A program made the position numbers and the translations under genes. The notes under the pieces are model-generated. The model made no database searches. It saw nothing but the letters and a program-made list of their open reading frames with translations, and was not told the DNA's origin. A stretch of DNA of 56,745 nt from a virus (lineage: Duplodnaviria; Caudoviricetes): positions 1-56,745 of the IMG/VR virus record IMGVR_UViG_3300010400_000008; one strand, given 5' to 3'. Each line of letters opens with the position of its first letter. The first letter of the stretch is position 1. Shown piece after piece: positions 35,482 to 43,463 of the stretch.

Positions 35482-35581
35482 GTATCCCTCCTGGGGTTCG
35501 ATTCAACGATCCTTGATCTCCCAGGGGGGGCATAGTCCCTCCTGGGTCACCAGCAGCAGAACTTATCATCGGAGGGCGCCA

Positions 35582-35664
35582 TGGGTAGTACAGCGGGTAG
35601 ACTGCCAAATCGCCCACCAATCGCGGGGCAGGGGTGTGGGGTCCGAATCCCTGTTCCCCAGCCA
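35582..35664 (+). pseudogene. Degenerate tRNA-Gln-like element, candidate attP region
   Basis: T-arm TGGGG-TCCGAAT-CCCTG and 3' end TTCCCCA-G-CCA; D-arm-like GTACAGCGGGTAGAC; anticodon arm expanded, 5' acceptor strand incomplete. Confidence 0.5.
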
Positions 35665-35677
35665 ACGCGCCCAGGAC

Positions 35678-35701
35678 GACCCCACTTCGGTGGGGTCATT
35701 T
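35678..35701 (+). terminator. Terminator-like hairpin with C(UUCG)G tetraloop
   Basis: GACCCCAC-TTCG-GTGGGGTC-ATTT. Confidence 0.7.
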
Positions 35702-35713
35702 GCTATGTGGGGC

Positions 35714-36103
35714 CTAGGTGCTGACGTGTCCAGTGGAGATAGCGCGGCGTAAGATGTCAGCCCCGACATCTCCAATTTCAAGTTTGTACTCTATCCGTAG
35801 GTTGCCACCGCCCGGCGCCACCTCCACCGGCAGCACTGCCGGGTCGAAGAGGAGGACATGGCCGCAGCGGGCGCAGCTGCGGGCGATCCAGCCGCCGCGC
35901 AGTGCGACAGAGAAGCGGCCGGTATCGCAGATCGGACAGGTCTCGCGGGCATCGGTTGCCCGCAGATGATCGCGGAACGCCCGTTCCTGATCGGGGGTGA
36001 GTGCGGCGCGATCGTCGCGCACGGTGTGCAGGATGCGTTGTTCGAGCGCCCGTACAAACGGCGCATACGTGCCTTCTGCTGGCGCAGGTGTGGTGGATGA
36101 CAT
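35714..36103 (-). CDS. Zn-ribbon hypothetical protein
   Basis: CPICDT..CARCGHVLLF; GAGGAG RBS. Confidence 0.65.
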   Translation of the reverse strand: MSSTTPAPAEGTYAPFVRALEQRILHTVRDDRAALTPDQERAFRDHLRATDARETCPICDTGRFSVALRGGWIARSCARCGHVLLFDPAVLPVEVAPGGGNLRIEYKLEIGDVGADILRRAISTGHVST

Positions 36104-36117
36104 GGAGGACTCCTCTC

Positions 36118-36312
36118 ATGGCAGGTGAAACGAATATCCGAATTCGGGTCCGGTTCCAGGACGCCGACGGCAACGAACAAGAGACCTGGTGGCCGATCGA
36201 GCGCCTCCACGAGCTTATTGAGCAAGGGCTGCGCGCCACTATCGAGGAGACAGGCGCGCGGTGGGCTGCCGGTCAGCAGGATGCCGCGACGCCACCGGAC
36301 GAGTCCGCGTAA
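36118..36312 (+). CDS. Small acidic hypothetical protein
   Basis: GGAGG RBS 9 nt upstream; 64 aa. Confidence 0.55.
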   Translation: MAGETNIRIRVRFQDADGNEQETWWPIERLHELIEQGLRATIEETGARWAAGQQDAATPPDESA

Positions 36313-36496
36313 GCAGTGCCAGGTGACGAAACGGTCATTGAAACGCGATCATATACCGTGGTATATTTTAGGTTGAAAACTCTCGCGAAGCGATGCGCCG
36401 CCGGAATGTCAGCCCCTGAGCGCATCGCTTCGTCGTCCCCCGATGCTCGTCGGGGCGTTGCTATGGATTCTATCATGCCGGCCGTCTGCCTGCATG

Positions 36497-36520
36497 AAAG
36501 TGGACCAATTGGTTCAGTTT
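36497..36520. repeat. Palindrome family A, copy 2 (imperfect)
   Basis: AAAGTGGACCAATTGGTTCAGTTT. Confidence 0.8.
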
Positions 36521-36795
36521 ACCCAAGATCCGCGCGGCCTCACATCGCACGCAGGGCCGGCGCGGTCAGCACCCGAGCACCGCATCGCACACCGTGCCGG
36601 GTGGTCAAGCGCGCGATCGGTTCCCAGGCGATCGTGCGCTGAAACGTGCGGTGGCCGGGCGGGGAGGCTCCGAGGAATCGCCGTTGACCCTGGAGGAGTC
36701 CCTGGCCCGGTCGCACGTGCCATCTATGGAGTTATTAAGATGCAATTTTATCTAGAGCCGACCCTACGATCGGCGCGAGATCGAAGCGACAAGAG

Positions 36796-37281
36796 CTAGT
36801 CGATATAGAGCACGTCGGCCAGGTTGAAACAGAGCATGGCGTCGATCTGGTCATTTCGATACGATGGCCGCCGCGCCGGGTAGGATACGTTCGGCGGCAG
36901 ACCGACGCGCCAGTCGCGCCAGTCCTTTATGAGCTTCGCGCGAGTGGCCGTGTCCAGGTTGTAGCTGATGACCAAGCGATCGCGAAAATGGATGTTGACC
37001 AGTGTATAGCTTGGCGCTGGCGGCTCGCTCGCCGCATCGGGCGACTCGCCGGGCGCGCCCGACTGGCCGGAGGCGACGAAGGCAAACGACTCGACGTGGA
37101 CCGTCGGCTCAGTCGCCACCTGCTCAGGCTCAGGCGCAGGCGCGTCGATCTGAATATTGGTCCAGCCATGCGTGTGCTCATAGAGCCAGAGCTGATCGCC
37201 CACATCGCCCGCCAGCGCGAGCTCGACAAGTCGGCGGGGCAGGTGCAAAACCCGTGTGGTGGTGGATGCTGGATTGCTCAT
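36796..37281 (-). CDS. Hypothetical protein
   Basis: AAAGGA RBS, 161 aa. Confidence 0.65.
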   Translation of the reverse strand: MSNPASTTTRVLHLPRRLVELALAGDVGDQLWLYEHTHGWTNIQIDAPAPEPEQVATEPTVHVESFAFVASGQSGAPGESPDAASEPPAPSYTLVNIHFRDRLVISYNLDTATRAKLIKDWRDWRVGLPPNVSYPARRPSYRNDQIDAMLCFNLADVLYID

Positions 37282-37406
37282 GGTCGCTCGTCCTTTAGGT
37301 AGTCGTTAGAAAGGTAGTCGCCCCGTCTGCGACGTGTTCACCGCCGCCCGCCGCTGGCCATGTGGCCAGCGCTCGTCATAGTCGCAACGTCGAAGGAGGG
37401 GCATGC

Positions 37407-38132
37407 ATGCAACGTCGTTTGATTGGATTCGTGGGCGTCTTGTTGCTGGTTTCGTGCGGTGGCGCCGCGCCGAGCGCACAGGCGCCGACACCCGCGCGGG
37501 TCGTCGTGACCCAGGTCGTCAGACAGACCGTGATCGTGCCGGCAACCGTGCTGGTCAAGCAAACGGTGGTCGTCACCGCAACGCCGATCCCGCCGCCAGC
37601 AGCGCCGGCAGAGACCGCGACACCAACGGCCGATCCGGCCGTCACGGCGCGGGTAACGCGGACGGCCAAGCTGTTCAAGGGGCCGGACGAAGGATACGCC
37701 AGTGCCGCCGATCTCGCTGCCGGCGATGTCGTCACTGTCGATCATCGCGGCGGGCAATGGTTCGAGGTCACGACCGCTGCCGACGCGGTTGGCTGGCTCT
37801 ATAAAGATTGGATCGATCTGCCTGCCGATGCGGCCGAAAAGATCCCGATCTACCCCAAGGCGCTGCCGGTAATCGTCGGCAAGGTTGTTCAAGAGGCGCT
37901 GGGAGGTAGTACGGTTTTTAAGGGGCGCATTTACAACGTTGGCGCAAAAACCGCCTATCAGGTCAAGGTTGAGATCGAAACCTTCGACGCGGCTGATAAT
38001 CGCGTCGATCTGGTGCTTGGCTACGCTGATGACACGAATATCGCGCCAGATGGCGTCAGTTCGTTTCAGGCAATCACGTCGTTCGAGTATGACACGTATG
38101 TGCCTGCTCTGAAGTGGAATACAACGCCGTGA
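37407..38132 (+). CDS. Lipoprotein with SH3-like and FxLYD-like domains
   Basis: Lipobox LVSC, Pro/Thr linker, LFKGPDEGY..WFEV..GWLY, GRIYNVG..VKVEIETFD. Confidence 0.7.
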   Translation: MQRRLIGFVGVLLLVSCGGAAPSAQAPTPARVVVTQVVRQTVIVPATVLVKQTVVVTATPIPPPAAPAETATPTADPAVTARVTRTAKLFKGPDEGYASAADLAAGDVVTVDHRGGQWFEVTTAADAVGWLYKDWIDLPADAAEKIPIYPKALPVIVGKVVQEALGGSTVFKGRIYNVGAKTAYQVKVEIETFDAADNRVDLVLGYADDTNIAPDGVSSFQAITSFEYDTYVPALKWNTTP

Positions 38133-38254
38133 TGTACAACATACGCTCATAGTGGTGCTACCGTGCTTTCCGAGCTGCAACGTGATGCAAGGAGGGTACG
38201 TGGTCACATAGTGGAGTCGCTGAACGGCGTAGGAACTGAGCAGCGAACCCACAA

Positions 38255-38308
38255 ACAATGGCCGTTCCGGTGCGTGGCTTGTCAGGCAGCCACCGGAACG
38301 GCCATTGT
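38255..38308. terminator. 18-bp perfect stem overlapping the repressor stop
   Basis: ACAATGGCCGTTCCGGTG / CACCGGAACGGCCATTGT. Confidence 0.6.
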
Positions 38309-38560
38309 GTTCCCCGGTATTGTATCCCCGGCGTCAAAGTCTGGCGGAAACAGCTCACTAACAGCGACGCCCAGCGCGCGCGCCAGTGATTGCAGTACCC
38401 CCAGATCCACTTCCTTCAGTGGCTCGCCATGAGCACTGCCATCGCGCGTGCCATACCAGTAGCGCCGCACGCTGGGCATGCTCACCCCCGCCTTCATCTG
38501 AAGCCGCGACATGTTTAGTCCGCGCAACTCCGCGAGTTCGCGGACCCTCAAGTTCGCCAT
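38282..38560 (-). CDS. XRE-family HTH repressor
   Basis: LRVRELAE..LNMSRLQMKAGVSMPSVRRYW..LARALGVAVSELF. Confidence 0.85.
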   Translation of the reverse strand: MANLRVRELAELRGLNMSRLQMKAGVSMPSVRRYWYGTRDGSAHGEPLKEVDLGVLQSLARALGVAVSELFPPDFDAGDTIPGNTMAVPVAA

Positions 38561-38597
38561 AGGACACCTCACTGCGATTGGTCAACTCGACAGCGCC

Positions 38598-38686
38598 AGT
38601 ATACACCCATAGGTGACAACTGTCTAGGTACTATTTCAAGGTAGTACCAAAAGCATCTTGAGAGTTAACACCCATAGGTGTATACT
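38598..38686. promoter_or_regulatory. Divergent promoter pair with identical operators (genetic switch)
   Basis: Left TAGACA-N17-TATACT, right TTGAGA-N17-TATACT; CACCCATAGGTG at 38604 and 38669. Confidence 0.85.
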
Positions 38687-38725
38687 AAGCGTAGTTGATT
38701 TAGTAGTGCATGAAGGACCACCGCC

Positions 38726-38962
38726 ATGACCACAACCCAGCACCGCAACGAGATCCTCGATCGCATCGGCGATTGCAGCTACCGCAAGGCGCAGGCGGCT
38801 CTCCAGGGCGCGGCACTTCGTGGGGAGTTCGGCCGCCGGCGCCAGATCCTGGCGCTGAGCGAGCGCTACAAGGAACTGCGCGAAGCAGGGCGGTTCGAGG
38901 AAGCGGCGGTGGTCAAGGCGCAGGCCTACGCCATCAACGAGACCCTGAAGCAGCAAGCATAG
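38726..38962 (+). CDS. Hypothetical protein, first rightward early gene
   Basis: AAGGA RBS, 78 aa. Confidence 0.65.
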   Translation: MTTTQHRNEILDRIGDCSYRKAQAALQGAALRGEFGRRRQILALSERYKELREAGRFEEAAVVKAQAYAINETLKQQA

Positions 38963-38972
38963 GAGGCCCATC

Positions 38973-39413
38973 ATGGACGCACTCATCCCCACCCTGGCTA
39001 TCCTGGCATCGGCCCTCAAAATCGAACACCTGACCGACGCCAGCATGCAGCGCGCGGCCGACAACGGCCTGTCGCATCTGGCCACGGAGCCGCTGTACGA
39101 CTTCGACGGCTCGGAGCTGCGCATCTGGTCGCAGTCGAGCGCGGGCGTGCAGTATGTCACCGATGGGGTCTCCTGCACCTGCAAGGGCGGCAAGCACGCG
39201 ATCTGCAAGCACCGGGCGCTGTTTCGGCTGTTGCTGGCGCGGGAAGTCCTCTTGGACCCGCTCTACGTCCGCACGCGCATCCTGGAGCAGACGGCGCCGG
39301 CCGGCTATGGCGATCCGAAGGTGCCCTGCGGCAACGACGATGAGGCGCCGCCGCCGGACAGGGCGCCCGGCTTCTATCTGTCCGACGACGTGGCCGATTG
39401 GTCGATCGCCTGA
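38973..39413 (+). CDS. SWIM-like Zn-finger protein
   Basis: SCTCKGGKHAICKHRA; AGGAGG RBS. Confidence 0.7.
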   Translation: MDALIPTLAILASALKIEHLTDASMQRAADNGLSHLATEPLYDFDGSELRIWSQSSAGVQYVTDGVSCTCKGGKHAICKHRALFRLLLAREVLLDPLYVRTRILEQTAPAGYGDPKVPCGNDDEAPPPDRAPGFYLSDDVADWSIA

Positions 39414-39470
39414 GCAGGCAGGATCGGGGCGCTGGCCACACGCTGGCGCCCCCTCGTGGAGGGCACACCG

Positions 39471-39665
39471 ATGATCGAGCACCTGCTGCACCAGCACCGC
39501 ACGCTCTCGCCGCGCCCGGTGTACTACGACGGCACACACGTCTGGTGCGAGGGTATCGCGCGCGTGCCCGTGACGGTCGCCTATCCGCGCCTGGCAGCAC
39601 TCCTACGGGCCTATGGCCTCCATCAGACCGGCTACGGCGTCGTCGAGACCTGGGAGGTGGCATAA
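39471..39665 (+). CDS. Hypothetical protein
   Basis: GGAGG RBS. Confidence 0.5.
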   Translation: MIEHLLHQHRTLSPRPVYYDGTHVWCEGIARVPVTVAYPRLAALLRAYGLHQTGYGVVETWEVA

Positions 39666-39923
39666 ATGATCACCCTGACACTCACCCCCGCCGGCCTGAC
39701 GCTTTGCCGACATTTAACGACACCGATTGTCGCCAATGACGCGGCCACGCTGGCCACCGCGATCCGCGCGCTCATTCAGCACCCGCCCACACCGCCCCTG
39801 GCCACGCCGCCAGGCATCGCCCCTGCTGTGCCGGCGCCATGTCTTGCGCCGGCGCAGCGGACGGCGACGCCGGAGGTGCAGCTGCGCGATCGGCTGACTG
39901 CGGCCCGCCGGCGCTACCTATAG
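39666..39923 (+). CDS. Hypothetical Pro-rich protein
   Basis: GGAGG RBS, abuts upstream stop. Confidence 0.5.
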   Translation: MITLTLTPAGLTLCRHLTTPIVANDAATLATAIRALIQHPPTPPLATPPGIAPAVPAPCLAPAQRTATPEVQLRDRLTAARRRYL

Positions 39924-39928
39924 CGAAG

Positions 39929-39958
39929 AGATTGCAGAGTGCAGATTGCACAGTGCAG
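39929..39958 (+). repeat. Heptamer tandem repeat A(G/C)A(T/G)TGC x4
   Basis: AGATTGC AGAGTGC AGATTGC ACAGTGC AG. Confidence 0.75.
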
Positions 39959-39979
39959 CAGAGAGAAAGGAACCGACTC

Positions 39980-40366
39980 ATGACACTCGACACCCTCATC
40001 ACCCAGGCCCGCCAGCGCCAGGCCGAGCGCAACACAGCGGAGCAGCAGCGCCAGGCCGACGAAGCCGAGGCGCGGCGCCAGTCGTGGATGGACCAGCTGG
40101 CGCGCGAGATCGCGCGGGCGCTGCCGGCAGACCTCGTCGCCGCGCTCGATCTGCGGTACGCAACCCAGGACGTGTACCCGCAGTGCTATGCGCAGTTTGC
40201 CCACCGTGGCGTCGACCTGTGGCTGTCCTATGGCGAGTCGGGGATTGGACGCGAGTGGCTTGTTTCAGCACCGGAGCGAAGCAACGAGCGTCGCATTATC
40301 GAGGCCCACGACCGGGCGCTGTTTATCGACAAGTTGCTGCTGGCGATCGGCGAACTGACGGCGTAG
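39980..40366 (+). CDS. Hypothetical protein
   Basis: GAAAGGA RBS, 128 aa. Confidence 0.65.
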   Translation: MTLDTLITQARQRQAERNTAEQQRQADEAEARRQSWMDQLAREIARALPADLVAALDLRYATQDVYPQCYAQFAHRGVDLWLSYGESGIGREWLVSAPERSNERRIIEAHDRALFIDKLLLAIGELTA

Positions 40367-40393
40367 CACAACGACCCTGAAAGGAGTACCCCG

Positions 40394-40696
40394 ATGCTGA
40401 CCATTTCCGCCCCGCTGCTGCTGGCCCTGATCGCCGCCGTCGTACTCCTGGCGCTCATCGCCGCCGCCAACGGGCGCCGCGCGACACGGCTCCGCCAGGC
40501 CCGCGACCAGGCCATCGCTGACGCGCAGGGGGTCTACGCCCAGGGCCACGCGGACGGGCTGGACGAGGCCCGGCGCCGCTTCGAGGGGGAGGTCGTCACG
40601 GCCTCCACCGCCTACCGCAGGGGCTTTGAGGCCGGCCAGGGCACGCACGCGCCCGATGGCCGGCGCAGCGGACGCGGCACGACCCGCGCCGCATGA
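40394..40696 (+). CDS. N-terminally anchored membrane protein
   Basis: LLLALIAAVVLLALIAA; AAGGAG RBS. Confidence 0.65.
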   Translation: MLTISAPLLLALIAAVVLLALIAAANGRRATRLRQARDQAIADAQGVYAQGHADGLDEARRRFEGEVVTASTAYRRGFEAGQGTHAPDGRRSGRGTTRAA

Positions 40697-40928
40697 GACC
40701 CGCCTACTGTCCCGCCGCGCGGCCCGTATCGCCTGGCCAAGCTCGCCTCGATCCGCGCGGCGCACCATCGTACACCACATTGCACCACGAAAGGAGGTGA
40801 GGCGACCTGGAGCAGATCTGGGATGGCCCATAAACGCAAGAGGCCAGAGCACCGGGCTCCAGCCTCCATCAGCACAGCGCGCCGCGTCGCTTGGACCCGC
40901 ACGGCGCGCTGATGAGGAGCATTGTACC

Positions 40929-41015
40929 ATGCGTTTCAATCGAGGCATATGGATCGCCGTCCTGCTGGCGATCGGGGCGGCCCTGATCTACGCCGCCCAG
41001 GTGGGCGCGCTGTGA
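40929..41015 (+). CDS. 28-aa hydrophobic peptide
   Basis: MRFNRGIWIAVLLAIGAALIYAAQVGAL; GAGGAG RBS. Confidence 0.55.
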   Translation: MRFNRGIWIAVLLAIGAALIYAAQVGAL

Positions 41016-41236
41016 CCGAGCAGGAGGGCGACGACGGTGACACGCTCCGGACCCTGCACACCCTACAGGCGCAGCGTGACGCGGGGACCATCAGCCAGGC
41101 GGAGTTTGATAGCGCCTACCGGACACTCGACAGCCAGACCGGCAAGCCCTGCAAGCGCTGCGCCTATGTGCCGGCGATCATCATTGAGCCAGGCACGGGC
41201 CGCTTCCTGTGTGGGCGCTGCGCATCGAGCACGTAG
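41012..41236 (+). CDS. SHOCT-like plus Zn-finger small protein
   Basis: LQAQRDAGTISQAEFD; CKRC..CGRC. Confidence 0.55.
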   Translation: MTEQEGDDGDTLRTLHTLQAQRDAGTISQAEFDSAYRTLDSQTGKPCKRCAYVPAIIIEPGTGRFLCGRCASST

Positions 41237-41295
41237 GAAAAGACGACCAGCGACGACAAACGTATCACCAGCTCGTTTAGAAAGGAGCACCCCCT

Positions 41296-41784
41296 ATGGC
41301 CACCGACCGACCCATCCCGCCACCGCGCCGCAACGTGAGCGCACCCGCCCGGCCGATCAGCACCGCCGAGGCGCAGGCCGAGCCGCCCGCGACGCGCACC
41401 TTCCCGCCCAGCGAGGAGCAAGATCTGCCGCTGATCACCGATGCGGAGCGCCGGGCCGCTGCCCAGGCACCCAGGCCACAGATCACGCTCTCCACCACGA
41501 TCGAGCATCGCGGCCGCCTGATCACCGTGCAGGGGATCGACCTGACCGCCGATCAGTTCTGCGATCTGCTCGACAGGCGCGGCTATGCGGCGCCCGAGCA
41601 GGCCCGGCAGTGGCAGACGCTGCCCGACGGCACGCCGATCTGCCCGAAGCACCACGCGCCGATGCGGCTGCGCGAGAAGCAAGGCGACTCGTGGTACAGC
41701 CATAGCGTGGGCGAGGACGCGCTCGGCAAGCACATCTACTGCAAGGGCTACCACGGCAAGGACTCGCCCGGCTACGAGGTGTGA
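41296..41784 (+). CDS. Hypothetical protein with C-terminal Zn site
   Basis: AAGGAG RBS; ICPKHH..WYSH..YCKG. Confidence 0.7.
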   Translation: MATDRPIPPPRRNVSAPARPISTAEAQAEPPATRTFPPSEEQDLPLITDAERRAAAQAPRPQITLSTTIEHRGRLITVQGIDLTADQFCDLLDRRGYAAPEQARQWQTLPDGTPICPKHHAPMRLREKQGDSWYSHSVGEDALGKHIYCKGYHGKDSPGYEV

Positions 41785-41802
41785 GTTTCGAGTTTGGAGT
41801 TT

Positions 41803-41830
41803 CGAGCACTGGACGCGCGTCCAGTGCTCG
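41803..41830. repeat. 28-bp perfect palindrome (family B, copy 2)
   Basis: CGAGCACTGGACGCGCGTCCAGTGCTCG, preceded by GAGTTT(C/G) x3. Confidence 0.85.
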
Positions 41831-41854
41831 CGCACATGAGAGTGAGGCATCCCG

Positions 41855-42022
41855 ATGGAGCAACCGTTCAAGACGGCTGCCGAGCACCAGCAGCACGTCT
41901 ACGTCCAGGCCCTCAGTGAGATCGCGCAGGTCATTAACGACCCGCGCATCGGCGACGCCGAGAAGGTGCGGACGATCCGCCGCATCCTGCGCACGATCGG
42001 TATGATCGTCGGTGCGGAGTAG
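41855..42022 (+). CDS. 55-aa hypothetical protein (not in the ORF track)
   Basis: GAGG RBS; MEQPFKTAAEHQQH...GAE. Confidence 0.5.
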   Translation: MEQPFKTAAEHQQHVYVQALSEIAQVINDPRIGDAEKVRTIRRILRTIGMIVGAE

Positions 42023-42041
42023 CGGACAAGCGAGGTATGGT

Positions 42042-42461
42042 ATGAGTCGACAATTGCGAGCGCTGCGCGAACGGTCAGACGAGCCCCGCCACCTGGCCGA
42101 CCTGGCGCAGATCCACATCACCAACGAGCTGCTCTGCCAGACGCTGGAGGCGAGCGTCCCGTTTCGCATCCTGGAGCTCCATCGACAGGGCGGCCCCACA
42201 CAGACCGACTGGGACGAGGCGATCGCGTTCGGCGAGCGGCTGGCGTATGAGGGCGATGCGCTGCTCTACCAGGGCAGCAAAGGACAAACCGCCAGCATGG
42301 CCGCCGGGCTCATTCGGGCGCTGGCGGTCGCGGCGTTTCTACCCGGCGGCGTGACGATCGCCGGGCTCTGCTTCGCGGCTGGCGTGCCGGATCGGGTGGG
42401 CGATCGTCGCATCAGCCCCGCGTGGCTCACACCACACCTGGAGCAGACCGATGCGCGTTGA
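42042..42461 (+). CDS. Hypothetical phage protein
   Basis: GAGG RBS; GDALLY..ALAVAAFLPGGVT. Confidence 0.6.
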   Translation: MSRQLRALRERSDEPRHLADLAQIHITNELLCQTLEASVPFRILELHRQGGPTQTDWDEAIAFGERLAYEGDALLYQGSKGQTASMAAGLIRALAVAAFLPGGVTIAGLCFAAGVPDRVGDRRISPAWLTPHLEQTDAR

Positions 42462-42494
42462 TTCAGGACAGCAGGCACGAAAGGAGCTGAGCCA

Positions 42495-42695
42495 ATGAAA
42501 CAACGGATCGAGGTGGAAACCGAGTACGCCCCCGCCGCCGCCCAGCGCACGCGGTCCCAGGCCGCTGAGCGGGCCGCCCAGCAGGCGGAGCACCAGCGGC
42601 GCCTGGCGCTGCCGATCGAGGACCGGGACGAGCTGGCGCGGGCGGTGGCGCGGCTGGCGGGCACGTGGGGATTGAAGAAGAAGGGGAGGAGATAA
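42495..42695 (+). CDS. Hypothetical protein
   Basis: AAGGAG RBS. Confidence 0.55.
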   Translation: MKQRIEVETEYAPAAAQRTRSQAAERAAQQAEHQRRLALPIEDRDELARAVARLAGTWGLKKKGRR

Positions 42696-42967
42696 TGCCC
42701 GGCGTGAAGCCAATCAAGAGCCCGGCCTGGCGCTGGTTCAAGGCCGAGCTGGTGCGCCTCCTTGGGGAGGACCAGGCCGCCGCACTTTGGGCCGAGCTGG
42801 CGGAGCGGCGCAAGGCTGAGATGACCGCTGGGCAGCGGAAGCAGGCCGTGCGTGACATCGCCTACTATGAGGAGCTGCTGGCCGAGCGGCGTGCGGAGGG
42901 GCGGCCGACGAAACGGATCGAGCAGATTCTCGCGCGGCGCCGAGCGCTGCTGCAGGGTGGGGCGTGA
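42695..42967 (+). CDS. Hypothetical basic protein
   Basis: TAATG overlap, GAGGAG RBS. Confidence 0.55.
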   Translation: MPGVKPIKSPAWRWFKAELVRLLGEDQAAALWAELAERRKAEMTAGQRKQAVRDIAYYEELLAERRAEGRPTKRIEQILARRRALLQGGA

Positions 42968-43323
42968 TGAGTGATGAGCTTGAGATCGCCCGCCTGCGGC
43001 TCGCGCTCGCGCAGGTTGAATCGGCGCAGCGCCTGGCGCGCCTGGACGCGACGCGTATCACCTGGCAGGTGGGCGATCGGGTGCGCGTGCTGCGGCGTGA
43101 CGCCCAGGGCGCCGAGCATATCGGCGATGTGGGCACGGTGGTGGCAGTGACCTCGCCGCCACACGCGGCCGGCATTGTCCATCCGAACGCTATCCACCAG
43201 GTGGTGCTGCTCGACTTTGGGCCAGACCCGGAGCGCTACCAGGGCCGCGACACCTGGAGCTATGCCGACGCGGATCTGGCGCGGCCCGAGGTGGTGGTGA
43301 AGGGGCGCCGGCGGAAGCCGTGA
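42964..43323 (+). CDS. Hypothetical protein with SH3/KOW-like domain
   Basis: WQVGDRVRVLR..IGDVGTVVAV. Confidence 0.55.
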   Translation: MMSDELEIARLRLALAQVESAQRLARLDATRITWQVGDRVRVLRRDAQGAEHIGDVGTVVAVTSPPHAAGIVHPNAIHQVVLLDFGPDPERYQGRDTWSYADADLARPEVVVKGRRRKP

Positions 43324-43463
43324 CCCCGCCCCCGCCGTGCTATACTCCCTCCAACGCAAAAACCCACCCCAACGAGCTGACGGGGTGGGCTTCTGCTATT
43401 CAAATGGTGATCACGACCGCGCCGGGCGCGTGCCGCATTGTCGCACGTTCCCCCGCACCTGGC

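Noticed and set aside
35396-35665. ORF MAGEQGFGP... as a protein gene
   Set aside because: Its N-terminus is the typical antisense translation of a tRNA-like sequence
37990-38045. YADD motif in the lipoprotein suggesting a reverse transcriptase, DGR or retron
   Set aside because: It lies in a lipoprotein beta-domain with no other RT motifs; I saw no RT gene or template/variable repeat pair
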